Part shown: positions 10,551-19,223 of the stretch, one piece after another
How positions within the stretch are numbered: position 1 is the stretch's first letter
Layout of the letters: each line of letters starts with the position of its first letter
Assembly: GCA_043819555.1 (NCBI GenBank)
Contig: JBDREQ010000071.1
Span: 1 to 33,182, forward strand
Source: Candidatus Zixiibacteriota bacterium
GTDB taxonomy: Bacteria > Zixibacteria > MSB-5A5 > GN15 > JAAZOE01
Reading direction: 5' to 3'
DNA length: 33,182 nucleotides
The notes under the pieces: model-generated
What the model saw: the letters and a program-made list of their open reading frames with translations, nothing else
Told to the model about the DNA's origin: nothing
Databases searched by the model: none
Program-made: the position numbers and the translations under genes

Positions 10551-11537
10551 ATGAAATATAAACTGTTCATATTAACCATGGTTCTCCTTGTTGTGAGCCT
10601 TAACCTGGCTTACGCGGGGAACAACCTGCGTTTAGGTACTGCAGGCGCTCAGGAGTTGCGGATTCCCGTCGGCTCTCGCGGAGTGGCCATGGGAGGAGCG
10701 GTGATTGCTGATGCGCGCGGGGTTGAGTCGGTCTTCTGGAATCCAGCCGGACTGGCGAATACTCCGGGGACGCAAGTGATGTTTATGCATCACCCCTATA
10801 TCGCGGATATTAATGTCAATTTCGTGGGTGTGGCAACCCGCATTGAAGATTTTGGCACAATCGCGGCGGCGGCAAAAATCGTATCAATAGGAGATATAAA
10901 GGAAACGACCGAAGATGCTCCATTCGGAACCGGTCGATTCTTCTCTCCTTCGCTATCGGTAATGTCGTTGTCATATTCTCGTTTATTGACCGGTCAGGTG
11001 GCTTTTGGCGCCAATGCTTTGTTCATCAGCGAGAAAATTGCCGATATGTCTGCCAGCGGCATGGCCTTTGATATTGGTATTATGTTTGATCCCAATTGGA
11101 ATGGCTTGACGATGGGCATGGTCATCAAGAACTATGGTCCGCAAATGAGCTTCTCGGGACATAAAATCAATATTGGCGATCGCCCCGGAGAGCCGACCAG
11201 CTCTAAGTTCGAACTTCCCAGTACGGTGGATTTTGGAATGTCATTAAAAGTGCTGGAGCAGGATCGAAATATAGCCAAACTAAACGGTAATTTCCGTTCA
11301 AATAACTTTGGCAATGATCAATTTCTTGGAGGCGCTGAATATGTCTTTGATGAGAAATATTCTCTGCGCGCCGGATATAGCTATTCCGATCAGGCCGATT
11401 ATTTATTTGGTTTCTCGGCCGGTGGGGGACTAACGTTCGATTTGGGCGAAACGGCTATGAGCTTTGAATTTGCTTGGGCTGAGACTGGTGATATTTTTGA
11501 TGCCAATCAATATTTCACTTTCACGCTCCAATTCTAA
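10551..11537 (+). CDS. PorV/PorQ-family outer-membrane beta-barrel (FadL-like)
   Basis: GAQELRIPVGSRGVAMGGA...SVFWNPAGLA signature; amphipathic beta strands; terminal Phe; RBS AGGAG. Confidence 0.88.
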   Translation: MKYKLFILTMVLLVVSLNLAYAGNNLRLGTAGAQELRIPVGSRGVAMGGAVIADARGVESVFWNPAGLANTPGTQVMFMHHPYIADINVNFVGVATRIEDFGTIAAAAKIVSIGDIKETTEDAPFGTGRFFSPSLSVMSLSYSRLLTGQVAFGANALFISEKIADMSASGMAFDIGIMFDPNWNGLTMGMVIKNYGPQMSFSGHKINIGDRPGEPTSSKFELPSTVDFGMSLKVLEQDRNIAKLNGNFRSNNFGNDQFLGGAEYVFDEKYSLRAGYSYSDQADYLFGFSAGGGLTFDLGETAMSFEFAWAETGDIFDANQYFTFTLQF

Positions 11538-11557
11538 ACGATTTAGGATTTGAATTG

Positions 11558-11590
11558 AAGCCGGGTATCATAACGATATCCGGCTTTTTT
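11558..11590 (+). terminator. Intrinsic terminator of the receptor/cargo/PorV operon
   Basis: AAGCCGGGTATC-ataac-GATATCCGGCTTTTTT. Confidence 0.85.
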
Positions 11591-11607
11591 ATATCCATAT
11601 TTTAATG

Positions 11608-11757
11608 AAAAAATTAACCCGGCCGAACCAATCGACCGGGTTAACTCACACTTTTGCCGTACTCAACAAAAGTAACAGCCCCAGGCTCCCCTTAGCGTTA
11701 GCCCTGTGTGTTCCCTGGGTAAATAAAACTATGCCCTTGCTCGCCCAACAGAGCGAT
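11608..11757 (-). ncRNA. Candidate orphan small RNA (~150 nt)
   Basis: Minus-strand TTGCGT-N17-TATTAT promoter (11791-11763), several internal helices, a strong terminator (11644-11608), and no ORF with an RBS. Confidence 0.5.
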
Positions 11758-11921
11758 ACTATATAATATCTTAAATTGGATGAAAACGCAATGAAATTCT
11801 GAAATGATTTCGCTAGACGCGTTTCGTATCACAGCTATTGAGTTGCAGGATAATGATTAAGAAAACTTTTGGCTAATCCATTTTTTATCGCCAATCCGGA
11901 AATTTGTATTATATTTTGGCA

Positions 11922-12599
11922 ATGCCAGATTATTATGCGGAAAAACTATCGGCCGAGAGATTAAAAAAATGTTACACTATTGCACCTCCAAGAGTCAGAC
12001 AATATCTTAAAGCTGAAATTGACTATGTCCTTGAATATGTTAAACCGGGTGACATCCTTCTTGAGCTGGGATGCGGATACGGGCGGGCGTTAACTTATTT
12101 GCACCCTCAAAGCACATCAATATTCGGAATAGATACTTCACTCGAAAGTCTAACGATGGTGAGGTCATTGGAATCGGAAAGGCGGTATTTTCATTTAGCA
12201 AATATGGATGCCGGTGCGCTCGGTTTTCTTGATAATGTTTTTGATATAGTTTTATGTATTCAAAATGGAATATCAGCCATCAAAATAAATCCCAAACGAA
12301 TTCTATCCGAAGTTCTTCGAGTTATAAAAGCGAAGGGAATAATCATGTTCTCCAGCTATTCCGAAAATTTCTGGGATGAGCGATTGAAATGGTTTGAATT
12401 GCAGTCCCAAGAAGGGCTTTTGGGAGAGATTGATTACGATGCCACTGGTGATGGTGTTATTGTTTGCAAAGACGGGTTTCGTGCAGATACATTTAGTGAA
12501 GATGATTTCACAAAACTTGGGAATAAATTTGGCTTGGACACTGAAGTAGAAGAGGTCGACAATTCCAGCTTATTTTGTAAATTCTATATCACTAAATGA
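11922..12599 (+). CDS. Class I SAM-dependent methyltransferase
   Basis: LELGCGYG motif I; GIDTS; MDA...FDIV. ATG 11922 preferred over TTG 11904. Confidence 0.9.
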   Translation: MPDYYAEKLSAERLKKCYTIAPPRVRQYLKAEIDYVLEYVKPGDILLELGCGYGRALTYLHPQSTSIFGIDTSLESLTMVRSLESERRYFHLANMDAGALGFLDNVFDIVLCIQNGISAIKINPKRILSEVLRVIKAKGIIMFSSYSENFWDERLKWFELQSQEGLLGEIDYDATGDGVIVCKDGFRADTFSEDDFTKLGNKFGLDTEVEEVDNSSLFCKFYITK

Positions 12600-12606
12600 G
12601 AAACTT

Positions 12607-12630
12607 GTGGGGCAGACAATACCATCTGCC
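12607..12630. repeat. GTGG-headed REP-like hairpin or terminator between convergent genes
   Basis: GTGG-GGCAGA-caatacca-TCTGCC; resembles GTGGGCGGCAGACG-tcct-CGTCTACC at 26302-26327. Confidence 0.45.
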
Positions 12631-12657
12631 TTGAATCGCACATATCAATAATTTCAA

Positions 12658-13053
12658 TTATTTTTTTTCAGGAAACGTAATAAATCCAACTACTGCGCCA
12701 GTGGGATCCTGGACCGTGCAAAATCTACCAACCCCGGGCATATCCATGGGACCGTGCAATACCTGACCACCCAACCCGGCGACTTTGCCCGCCAGAGTAT
12801 CAACATCATCTACGGTAATATAAGCCATCCAGTGTGATGGTACTTCGGCCGGAACCTCAGCCGGCATATCCATCATTCCGGCAGCTTCCTTTTCTCCGGC
12901 CTTTAAAATAGTATATTTCATCCCCGGCATTTTGCTGCCGGCGAAATCCCAGCCGACAAGCTCGCCGTAAAATTTCTGAGCCGCAGCCGAATCGCGCGTC
13001 ATTAGTTCATTCCAGCAAAAAGTTCCGTGAACCGGTTTCTCATTAGCCATCAT
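12658..13053 (-). CDS. VOC/glyoxalase (bleomycin-resistance-like) family protein
   Basis: FCWNELMTRD...FYGELVGW...HWMAYITVDDVD...GG...GRF...DPTGA; RBS AAAGGAG. Confidence 0.92.
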   Translation of the reverse strand: MMANEKPVHGTFCWNELMTRDSAAAQKFYGELVGWDFAGSKMPGMKYTILKAGEKEAAGMMDMPAEVPAEVPSHWMAYITVDDVDTLAGKVAGLGGQVLHGPMDMPGVGRFCTVQDPTGAVVGFITFPEKK

Positions 13054-13209
13054 GTTCTCCTTTATGAATTATATAGGTTTTGCTCACGCATCAAGGTAAT
13101 AATTAGTTACGAATATTATATCACATTGTATGGGATAATCTAAAAATGTGATAAGGTGAAGCGGGGCTGGAGCCGAGGAAATACAATTACTCAACTCACG
13201 CCAAAGTAT

Positions 13210-14409
13210 CTAATCTTCCAGGTATCCGTAACCAATCAACTCATAGGTCACTTTTGTCATCGGTCCGAGATTATACTCACGGACTGTCCGTGACATGACG
13301 CCGATATTGGGAACCAGTAAACTTTCCACGCCACGATAATAATTAAATCCCTGATGCGAATAGTAATGTTTAAACGCCGTGAATTCGCCACCGTGGCGGT
13401 AAGTCACGGGGACTTTTTCAAATACATCCGGAATCGGAACAAAAAACATAATTCCCCAATAACGCCCCACCGTCAGGGGGAATTCATAATAGTAATCGCG
13501 AATGGGATTGTATTCTCCAATAATTGTTCGGGGGAGAGGATAAACTTCAATGCGATTATTAACAATGGCAACATATTCGGTGTCTTGATGGTTGCCGTAG
13601 TCATACACCCAAACCTTGCCGATTACATCACCGATAACAGTCGGAACCGTGACTGTGTCAGTTACCATAACAAGCAATGTGTCATAGGTATTGTTGATAC
13701 TGTCATGCGATTCATATTTCCAGAAAAAGGCGATATCATTGGGAAACTGCTCGATATAAAAAGTCGTCAAATCAAAATTCAATAACTCCCAGGTTTCATT
13801 GACCGATGTATAAAGCTGTGCGCCGTCGGAATATTGAGAAAGCTGATGACGGCTGACCATTCCGACGCTATCAGCGATCCAGGTTGTACTGTAATTGCCG
13901 CCTCCCTCAAAATCATGTAGCCAAACCCTTTCAACTTTGGCAGCTGAGACAAACATTCCGGCAGAAACGGAAATGGTTCCACGCTCGGTCACACGACTTG
14001 TATCATCATGTACATTAGGCCCGGTCCACATTTTGTTCAGGTCAAGGGGAAACACAAACCATTCGCCGCCCCCCATCATCAGGCTATCATTGGAGATCAT
14101 TAACGTATCACCTTTAAGAGTATAATAGCGGCTGATGACGTTATTGATATAATTGACATTCCATTTCATGGTCAAGAGGGGGTCGCCAATCGTCAAAGTA
14201 TCAACTATCGATACTTCGACGGTATCGGTTTCACCGGTCAGGCTATCATAAACGGCATACTCCCAGTACATTCCAACCTGTTTGGGGAAATTATTCTGGG
14301 ATGTCACTATAATCCCAGTTTTCCTGCTTGAGACAAGATCATCATCGCACCCGGATATTAAGAACGCGGCCAAGGCGGTAAAGATTGAATTCCAAAGTAA
14401 TAATTTCAC
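13210..14409 (-). CDS. Lipoprotein with two tandem homologous beta-rich domains, function unknown
   Basis: GTG at 14409 after AGAGGAG; lipobox LISG-C; internal duplication (FP...W.Y..xDS..., FPL....W, GM/VxSR). Confidence 0.8.
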   Translation of the reverse strand: MKLLLWNSIFTALAAFLISGCDDDLVSSRKTGIIVTSQNNFPKQVGMYWEYAVYDSLTGETDTVEVSIVDTLTIGDPLLTMKWNVNYINNVISRYYTLKGDTLMISNDSLMMGGGEWFVFPLDLNKMWTGPNVHDDTSRVTERGTISVSAGMFVSAAKVERVWLHDFEGGGNYSTTWIADSVGMVSRHQLSQYSDGAQLYTSVNETWELLNFDLTTFYIEQFPNDIAFFWKYESHDSINNTYDTLLVMVTDTVTVPTVIGDVIGKVWVYDYGNHQDTEYVAIVNNRIEVYPLPRTIIGEYNPIRDYYYEFPLTVGRYWGIMFFVPIPDVFEKVPVTYRHGGEFTAFKHYYSHQGFNYYRGVESLLVPNIGVMSRTVREYNLGPMTKVTYELIGYGYLED

Positions 14410-14535
14410 AGCATCTCCTCTTCGAACATATCTCCCATAAAATATTAAGCAAGAATTATGCCTTAAACTAACCAATTAATAACGTCAAACCGGACAGTGA
14501 ATTATGAAATTACTGACTGGCTATTGCACTATCAT

Positions 14536-14557
14536 ATTTGTACCGAATGGTACAAAT
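14536..14557. promoter_or_regulatory. Perfect 9-bp inverted repeat, candidate operator
   Basis: ATTTGTACC-gaat-GGTACAAAT upstream of the minus-strand lipoprotein gene. Confidence 0.4.
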
Positions 14558-14699
14558 GTACAAATGAAGATTCATTGAAGTTCAAATTGAATCCTGAATC
14601 ATAATCTCAATTTTCATTCATAAAAAGAAATTATTTCTTTTTTCCACGCACAGCGGATAAAAGTAATAACAATCCCGCGACTATCAATAGTATTACCGT

Positions 14700-15926
14700 C
14701 TACGGTATATTATGGTCTTTTTTCTTTTGCTTTTTAGAACCTTTATAAATCTCAAACTTCAATAGCCTGCATTCAAGGGGTCCGTTGTAAAGCTTGATGC
14801 GCCGGGTGGCTCTTAGTCCGATATTCTTGGCCGCATCCAAATTGGAAGTCAATATATACGCGTCATATCCGATAAATGTCTGTTTCAGAGCATCACCGAT
14901 TTTTTTATACAACTCATTGATTTCCGAAACCGGCATTCTTTCGCCGTAGGGAGGATTAATAATCACAATTCCCCTACTCGCATGCGGTTTTTGTCTTTCC
15001 AGGGATTTACATTCGATTTTAATATCCTTTGATAATCCCGCAAGCTTGGTATTTGCCATAGCCTGGCTCACCTGGACCGGATCGATATCAGAACCCACAA
15101 TTATACAATTCAATTTGGAAGAAATGGCCGCCTTTGCTCCTCTTTTAATATCGTCCCAGAGTTTTTGATCAAAGTTTTTCCAATTGAAAAATCCAAAACC
15201 CTTGCGGTTTAATCCGGGGGCGATATTTTTGGCCAAAAGCCCGGCTTCGATTACAAAGGTACCCGAGCCGCACATAAAATCAATAAAAGCGGACGATCCA
15301 TCCCATTCGGAAATTCTGATTATTCCTGCCGCCAGGACTTCGCTCAAAGGCGCTTTTCCGCTTTCTTTGCGGTATCCGCGATGCGAAAGCGGACCGCCGG
15401 AACTATCAAGCGATAAAGTCGCGGTCTTCTTTTTTATATGAACGTTGATTCTAATATCGGGATCGGTGGCATCGACCGAAGGACGTTTTCCATGCCTCTC
15501 GCGAAACCAGTCAACTATGGCATCCTTGGCCTTCTGAGCCACAAACATAGAATTTGAGAACTCGGAATAATTGATAACGGCATCAATCGCGATTGTCTGA
15601 TTGACATCCATATAATCCGCCCAGTTGATTTGTGAGACATTATGATATAATTCACCGGCCGACCCGGCTTGAAAGCGCTTTAATGGTTTTAAAATTCGGG
15701 TAGCGGTGCGGCACAGCAGATTTGATTTGTATAATATTGATTTATCTCCGAAAAAACGAACTGATCTTTTCATCGGGGTGATGCCGGTCGCGCCGATTTC
15801 CAATAACTCATTGGCCAATACCTCTTCGAGACCAGACAGAGTTTTGGCGATCAGTTCACCGCCAATATTTTTTGTTTGTGGAGTTGTCAATTTTCGGATA
15901 TTTCCTTCCCGGTAATATTCACTCAA
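14700..15926 (-). CDS. rlmL: THUMP-domain RNA methyltransferase (RlmL-like, probable 23S rRNA m2G methylase)
   Basis: GLEEVLANEL; SLDSSGGPLSHRGYR; APLSEVLAAG; DFMCGSGTFVIEA; INPPYGER; LYNGPLECRL. Confidence 0.85.
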   Translation of the reverse strand: MSEYYREGNIRKLTTPQTKNIGGELIAKTLSGLEEVLANELLEIGATGITPMKRSVRFFGDKSILYKSNLLCRTATRILKPLKRFQAGSAGELYHNVSQINWADYMDVNQTIAIDAVINYSEFSNSMFVAQKAKDAIVDWFRERHGKRPSVDATDPDIRINVHIKKKTATLSLDSSGGPLSHRGYRKESGKAPLSEVLAAGIIRISEWDGSSAFIDFMCGSGTFVIEAGLLAKNIAPGLNRKGFGFFNWKNFDQKLWDDIKRGAKAAISSKLNCIIVGSDIDPVQVSQAMANTKLAGLSKDIKIECKSLERQKPHASRGIVIINPPYGERMPVSEINELYKKIGDALKQTFIGYDAYILTSNLDAAKNIGLRATRRIKLYNGPLECRLLKFEIYKGSKKQKKKDHNIP

Positions 15927-16458
15927 TGTTATATTGGTGCATCGCCATTTTTTTTATAATTGTCTTTTGTATTTTTTCTCGGCTTAATTCATCACCGGTA
16001 TTTCTATCTAATTTTACAAGATCAAACTTCAACTCAATGGCTTCATACTTATCGGGAAGATAAACCGGTTCGGCTTCGACCTGATCGCACAGCCGGTTTT
16101 CGAATATGGAAGATTTGAGATGCGCATCTCCGAAATTCCAGGGGATAAGTTTAGGATAAATCGCGTTTTCATTATCGGGCAAAACCAGGCGCAATGAGTC
16201 AATTCTCAATAATGGCGTTTCATTCTGCTCAAGTGATGGCGAGATAGTTTCTCGGGCGGTGACTTTTAGTTTCACGTCAAATGAATCCACTCCCAATACA
16301 TTACCGATTTGGAAAGCACGCATAATCATCTCAATATCATACTCGTCAATTTGCGTTCTCCAATCAGAGTCAGAAAATTCATAAAATTTCACCAAAGTAT
16401 TAGAGCAAGCGCAAAGGAGAATTAAAAAACAAAAAACAAGTATACCGCGAAAACGCAT
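15919..16458 (-). CDS. Hypothetical lipoprotein
   Basis: MRFRG + hydrophobic stretch + LCA-C lipobox; overlaps the rlmL-like start by 8 bp. Confidence 0.75.
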   Translation of the reverse strand: MRFRGILVFCFLILLCACSNTLVKFYEFSDSDWRTQIDEYDIEMIMRAFQIGNVLGVDSFDVKLKVTARETISPSLEQNETPLLRIDSLRLVLPDNENAIYPKLIPWNFGDAHLKSSIFENRLCDQVEAEPVYLPDKYEAIELKFDLVKLDRNTGDELSREKIQKTIIKKMAMHQYNIE

Positions 16459-16542
16459 ACGAATCCCTTTTAATTTATTTAAGTAGTATGGATTTACATT
16501 ATAATGAGATACGATTTTTCGTCAAGGTTTTCAATAGCAATA

Positions 16543-17379
16543 TCAATCATTTTTATCGCGACGAGAGATTCCTATGACATTGGGCAATTGAGACACCAAA
16601 CCCTCGTTATTATTAATTGTAAGACCTGTCGAGAATCCACCTGAAAGATTGATCTCATATTCATCCATTTTAAGAAACATCTGGGCTTGAATACCGCCTT
16701 CCAGATGTTGAGCGGCAACCAAATCAATCGGCAGGGCTAAAAGGCGTTTATTGAAATCATACATAGGCACTTGCTCGCTGCAAAAAATAAACAAGGCATT
16801 ACCATGGGAATCTTCGGCAAGGGCCGCTTCCGCCCATTTTCTGGTTTGCGGTTCCCATCGATTTTCTCGTTTATTTTTGATTAGTCGCAGGTTTTGAATG
16901 ACACAGGCATAGTCCGACATAATTGAGTCAAGACTGATTTCATCAAGATCAAATATTTTAAACTTCGGCAAATCATTATCAAACGGTTCAAAGGCCGCTA
17001 CAGATAAATATTTATTGCGACGGGAAGAATTTACATGCTCGAAGGATTTCAAATAGCCAATATGGGTTTTATAGTCAATATCAAACATGCCGCCATTGAT
17101 CGCGGCCGTTAAATTATATTTTTCGCACCATTCGCGGGCGGTGGAACCTTTCGTTTGGCCGATCTCGGAGATAGAAAGTACTTTGAAATTCCAATTTTGG
17201 GGATTTATTCGGATGATCGTAATAGATGAATCGGTTTCGCCTTCGATCATTGAAAAATTGGCGACTTCCAATCCTTCATCAATTTTCTCCCAAATAGTTT
17301 CGGACGCAATTGGAGTAGTTCCACAAGCAAATGAGAGAATGCAGAACAGGAAAAGGTAATGATAAAAGTTTACTCTCAA
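16543..17379 (-). CDS. Exported phosphodiester glycosidase (NAGPA/DUF2233)-like protein
   Basis: AAINGGMF and HLEGG motifs; signal-like N-terminus. The TTG at 17379, just after the glmS stop, is preferred over the overlapping start at 17442. Confidence 0.7.
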   Translation of the reverse strand: MRVNFYHYLFLFCILSFACGTTPIASETIWEKIDEGLEVANFSMIEGETDSSITIIRINPQNWNFKVLSISEIGQTKGSTAREWCEKYNLTAAINGGMFDIDYKTHIGYLKSFEHVNSSRRNKYLSVAAFEPFDNDLPKFKIFDLDEISLDSIMSDYACVIQNLRLIKNKRENRWEPQTRKWAEAALAEDSHGNALFIFCSEQVPMYDFNKRLLALPIDLVAAQHLEGGIQAQMFLKMDEYEINLSGGFSTGLTINNNEGLVSQLPNVIGISRRDKND

Positions 17380-17386
17380 GTTGAGC

Positions 17387-19213
17387 CTATTCCACTGTAA
17401 CGGATTTTGCCAGGTTACGCGGCTGATCGACATTACAACCACGCAGGACAGCCATGTGGTAGGCCAAAAGCTGCAACGGAATTACGGCCAAAAGCGGCGT
17501 GAAACACTGCCTGATCTCCGGGATATATATGACATGATTCACCCTTTCGGCGATTTCGGTATCGCCCTCGGTGGCGATCGCGATTACCTCGCCGTTGCGG
17601 GCTCGAACCTGGGCGATATTGGACATTACTTTATCGTAGATTGAGTCTTTGGTGGCGATGACCACGGCAGGCATATTTTTATCAATCAAGGCGATCGGAC
17701 CATGCTTCATTTCCGCGGCTGGATAACCTTCGGCATGGATGTATGAGATTTCTTTCAATTTCAAGGCGCCTTCAAGAGCCACAGGAAAATTCGCGCCACG
17801 ACCCAGATACAAAAAGTTGGAGTGCTTGTAATACGTTTTCGCAATTTTTTGGATTTCGTTTTCATTAGATAGTATTTTTTGTATTTTTTCCGGGATAGAT
17901 TCCAGCCCTTTGATCATTTCCCGTCCGGTATGAACCGACAAATTACGCATCCGCCCCAGCAGGATTGTAATCAGAGACAGAACCATTATCTGGGATGTGA
18001 AGGCTTTGGTTGATGCCACGCCAATTTCTGGCCCGGCATGAATATAAACACCGCCGTCTGATTCCCGCGCGATGGTTGAGCCGACGACATTGACTATTCC
18101 GAGGGCTTTGGCGCCTTTGCGCTGAGCCTCCCGCATTGCCGCCAGCGTATCGGCCGTTTCTCCCGACTGGGAAATTACCAGAACCATTGTTCCCTCATCA
18201 ATAATGGGAGCGCGATAACGGAATTCCGAGGCGTACTCGACTTCTACCGGGATACGAGCGTATTCCTCAATTAAATACTCTCCTATCAACGCGGCGTGCC
18301 AGGAAGTTCCACAGGCGGTGATAATTATTCTCTTAATTTTGGAGAGATCGTCAAGATGATCGGTCAACCCGCGCAATCTTGAAATTCCTTCCTCAAAATT
18401 CAGGCGGCCGCGCATGGCGTTTCGGAGCGTTTCCGGCTGTTCATGTATTTCCTTATGCATGAAATATTCAAATCCGGCCTTTTCAATCATCTCAAGCGAC
18501 CAGCCAATTTCTTCGGCCTTCCTCGTTATTTCAACATTTTCAACGGTTGAGATATGATAATTACTGGCGGTTAATGTGACGATTTCTTTATCCTCAAGAT
18601 AGACAACTTTCTTTGTATGGCGAAGCAGCGCCGCGGCATCGGACGCGACAAAATTCTCGCCTTCGCTGATGCCTAATAAGAGCGGCGCTCCGTTTCGGGC
18701 GGCGACAATTTTTTCCGGGGTGCGGGCGTCAATAACCGCGATGGCGTAAGTACCTTCGACATGGGTCAAAGCCATCCGGACGGCATCGGTCAAATTACCG
18801 TTATAATAAAGACTGATAAGATGAGCGATTATTTCCGTGTCTGTCTCGGAAATAATTTTATGGCCTTCTCCTTCGAGAGCTTTGCGCAAAGCCCGATAAT
18901 TTTCAATTATGCCGTTATGAACAACGGCAATGTTTCCGGTATCATCAAGCTGCGGGTGGGCGTTGATATCACTCGGCTCGCCGTGCGTTGCCCATCGGGT
19001 ATGCGCGATTCCGGTTTTTCCGGTAAATGATTTATCACGCAATAAATTTTCCAGCATTTCGACTTTGCCGGCCGTTTTTTCATTGATTAACCCGGTTCCT
19101 TCAATTAAAGCGATTCCAGCTGAATCATATCCCCGATATTCAAGGCGTTTTAATCCATCAATGAGAATCGGTGTTGCTATTTTATCTCCGACATAACCGA
19201 CGATTCCGCACAT
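17387..19213 (-). CDS. glmS: Glutamine--fructose-6-phosphate transaminase
   Basis: MCGIVG; LEYRGYDSAG; HTRWATHG; SQSGETADT; GPEIGVASTKAF; PRNLAKSVTVE. Confidence 0.99.
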   Translation of the reverse strand: MCGIVGYVGDKIATPILIDGLKRLEYRGYDSAGIALIEGTGLINEKTAGKVEMLENLLRDKSFTGKTGIAHTRWATHGEPSDINAHPQLDDTGNIAVVHNGIIENYRALRKALEGEGHKIISETDTEIIAHLISLYYNGNLTDAVRMALTHVEGTYAIAVIDARTPEKIVAARNGAPLLLGISEGENFVASDAAALLRHTKKVVYLEDKEIVTLTASNYHISTVENVEITRKAEEIGWSLEMIEKAGFEYFMHKEIHEQPETLRNAMRGRLNFEEGISRLRGLTDHLDDLSKIKRIIITACGTSWHAALIGEYLIEEYARIPVEVEYASEFRYRAPIIDEGTMVLVISQSGETADTLAAMREAQRKGAKALGIVNVVGSTIARESDGGVYIHAGPEIGVASTKAFTSQIMVLSLITILLGRMRNLSVHTGREMIKGLESIPEKIQKILSNENEIQKIAKTYYKHSNFLYLGRGANFPVALEGALKLKEISYIHAEGYPAAEMKHGPIALIDKNMPAVVIATKDSIYDKVMSNIAQVRARNGEVIAIATEGDTEIAERVNHVIYIPEIRQCFTPLLAVIPLQLLAYHMAVLRGCNVDQPRNLAKSVTVE

Positions 19214-19223
19214 GCCGTCACCT

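Noticed and set aside
11608..11757. SRP RNA, 6S RNA or a 16-codon peptide as the identity of the sRNA candidate
   Set aside because: No SRP domain IV motif, no long end-to-end rod as in 6S, and the short TTG ORF lacks an RBS.
17380..17442. Extended N-terminus of the NAGPA-like ORF
   Set aside because: It overlaps the conserved glmS C-terminus; a start just after the glmS stop gives a signal-like N-terminus.
19214..19223. glmS ribozyme
   Set aside because: Only 10 bp separate glmM and glmS.
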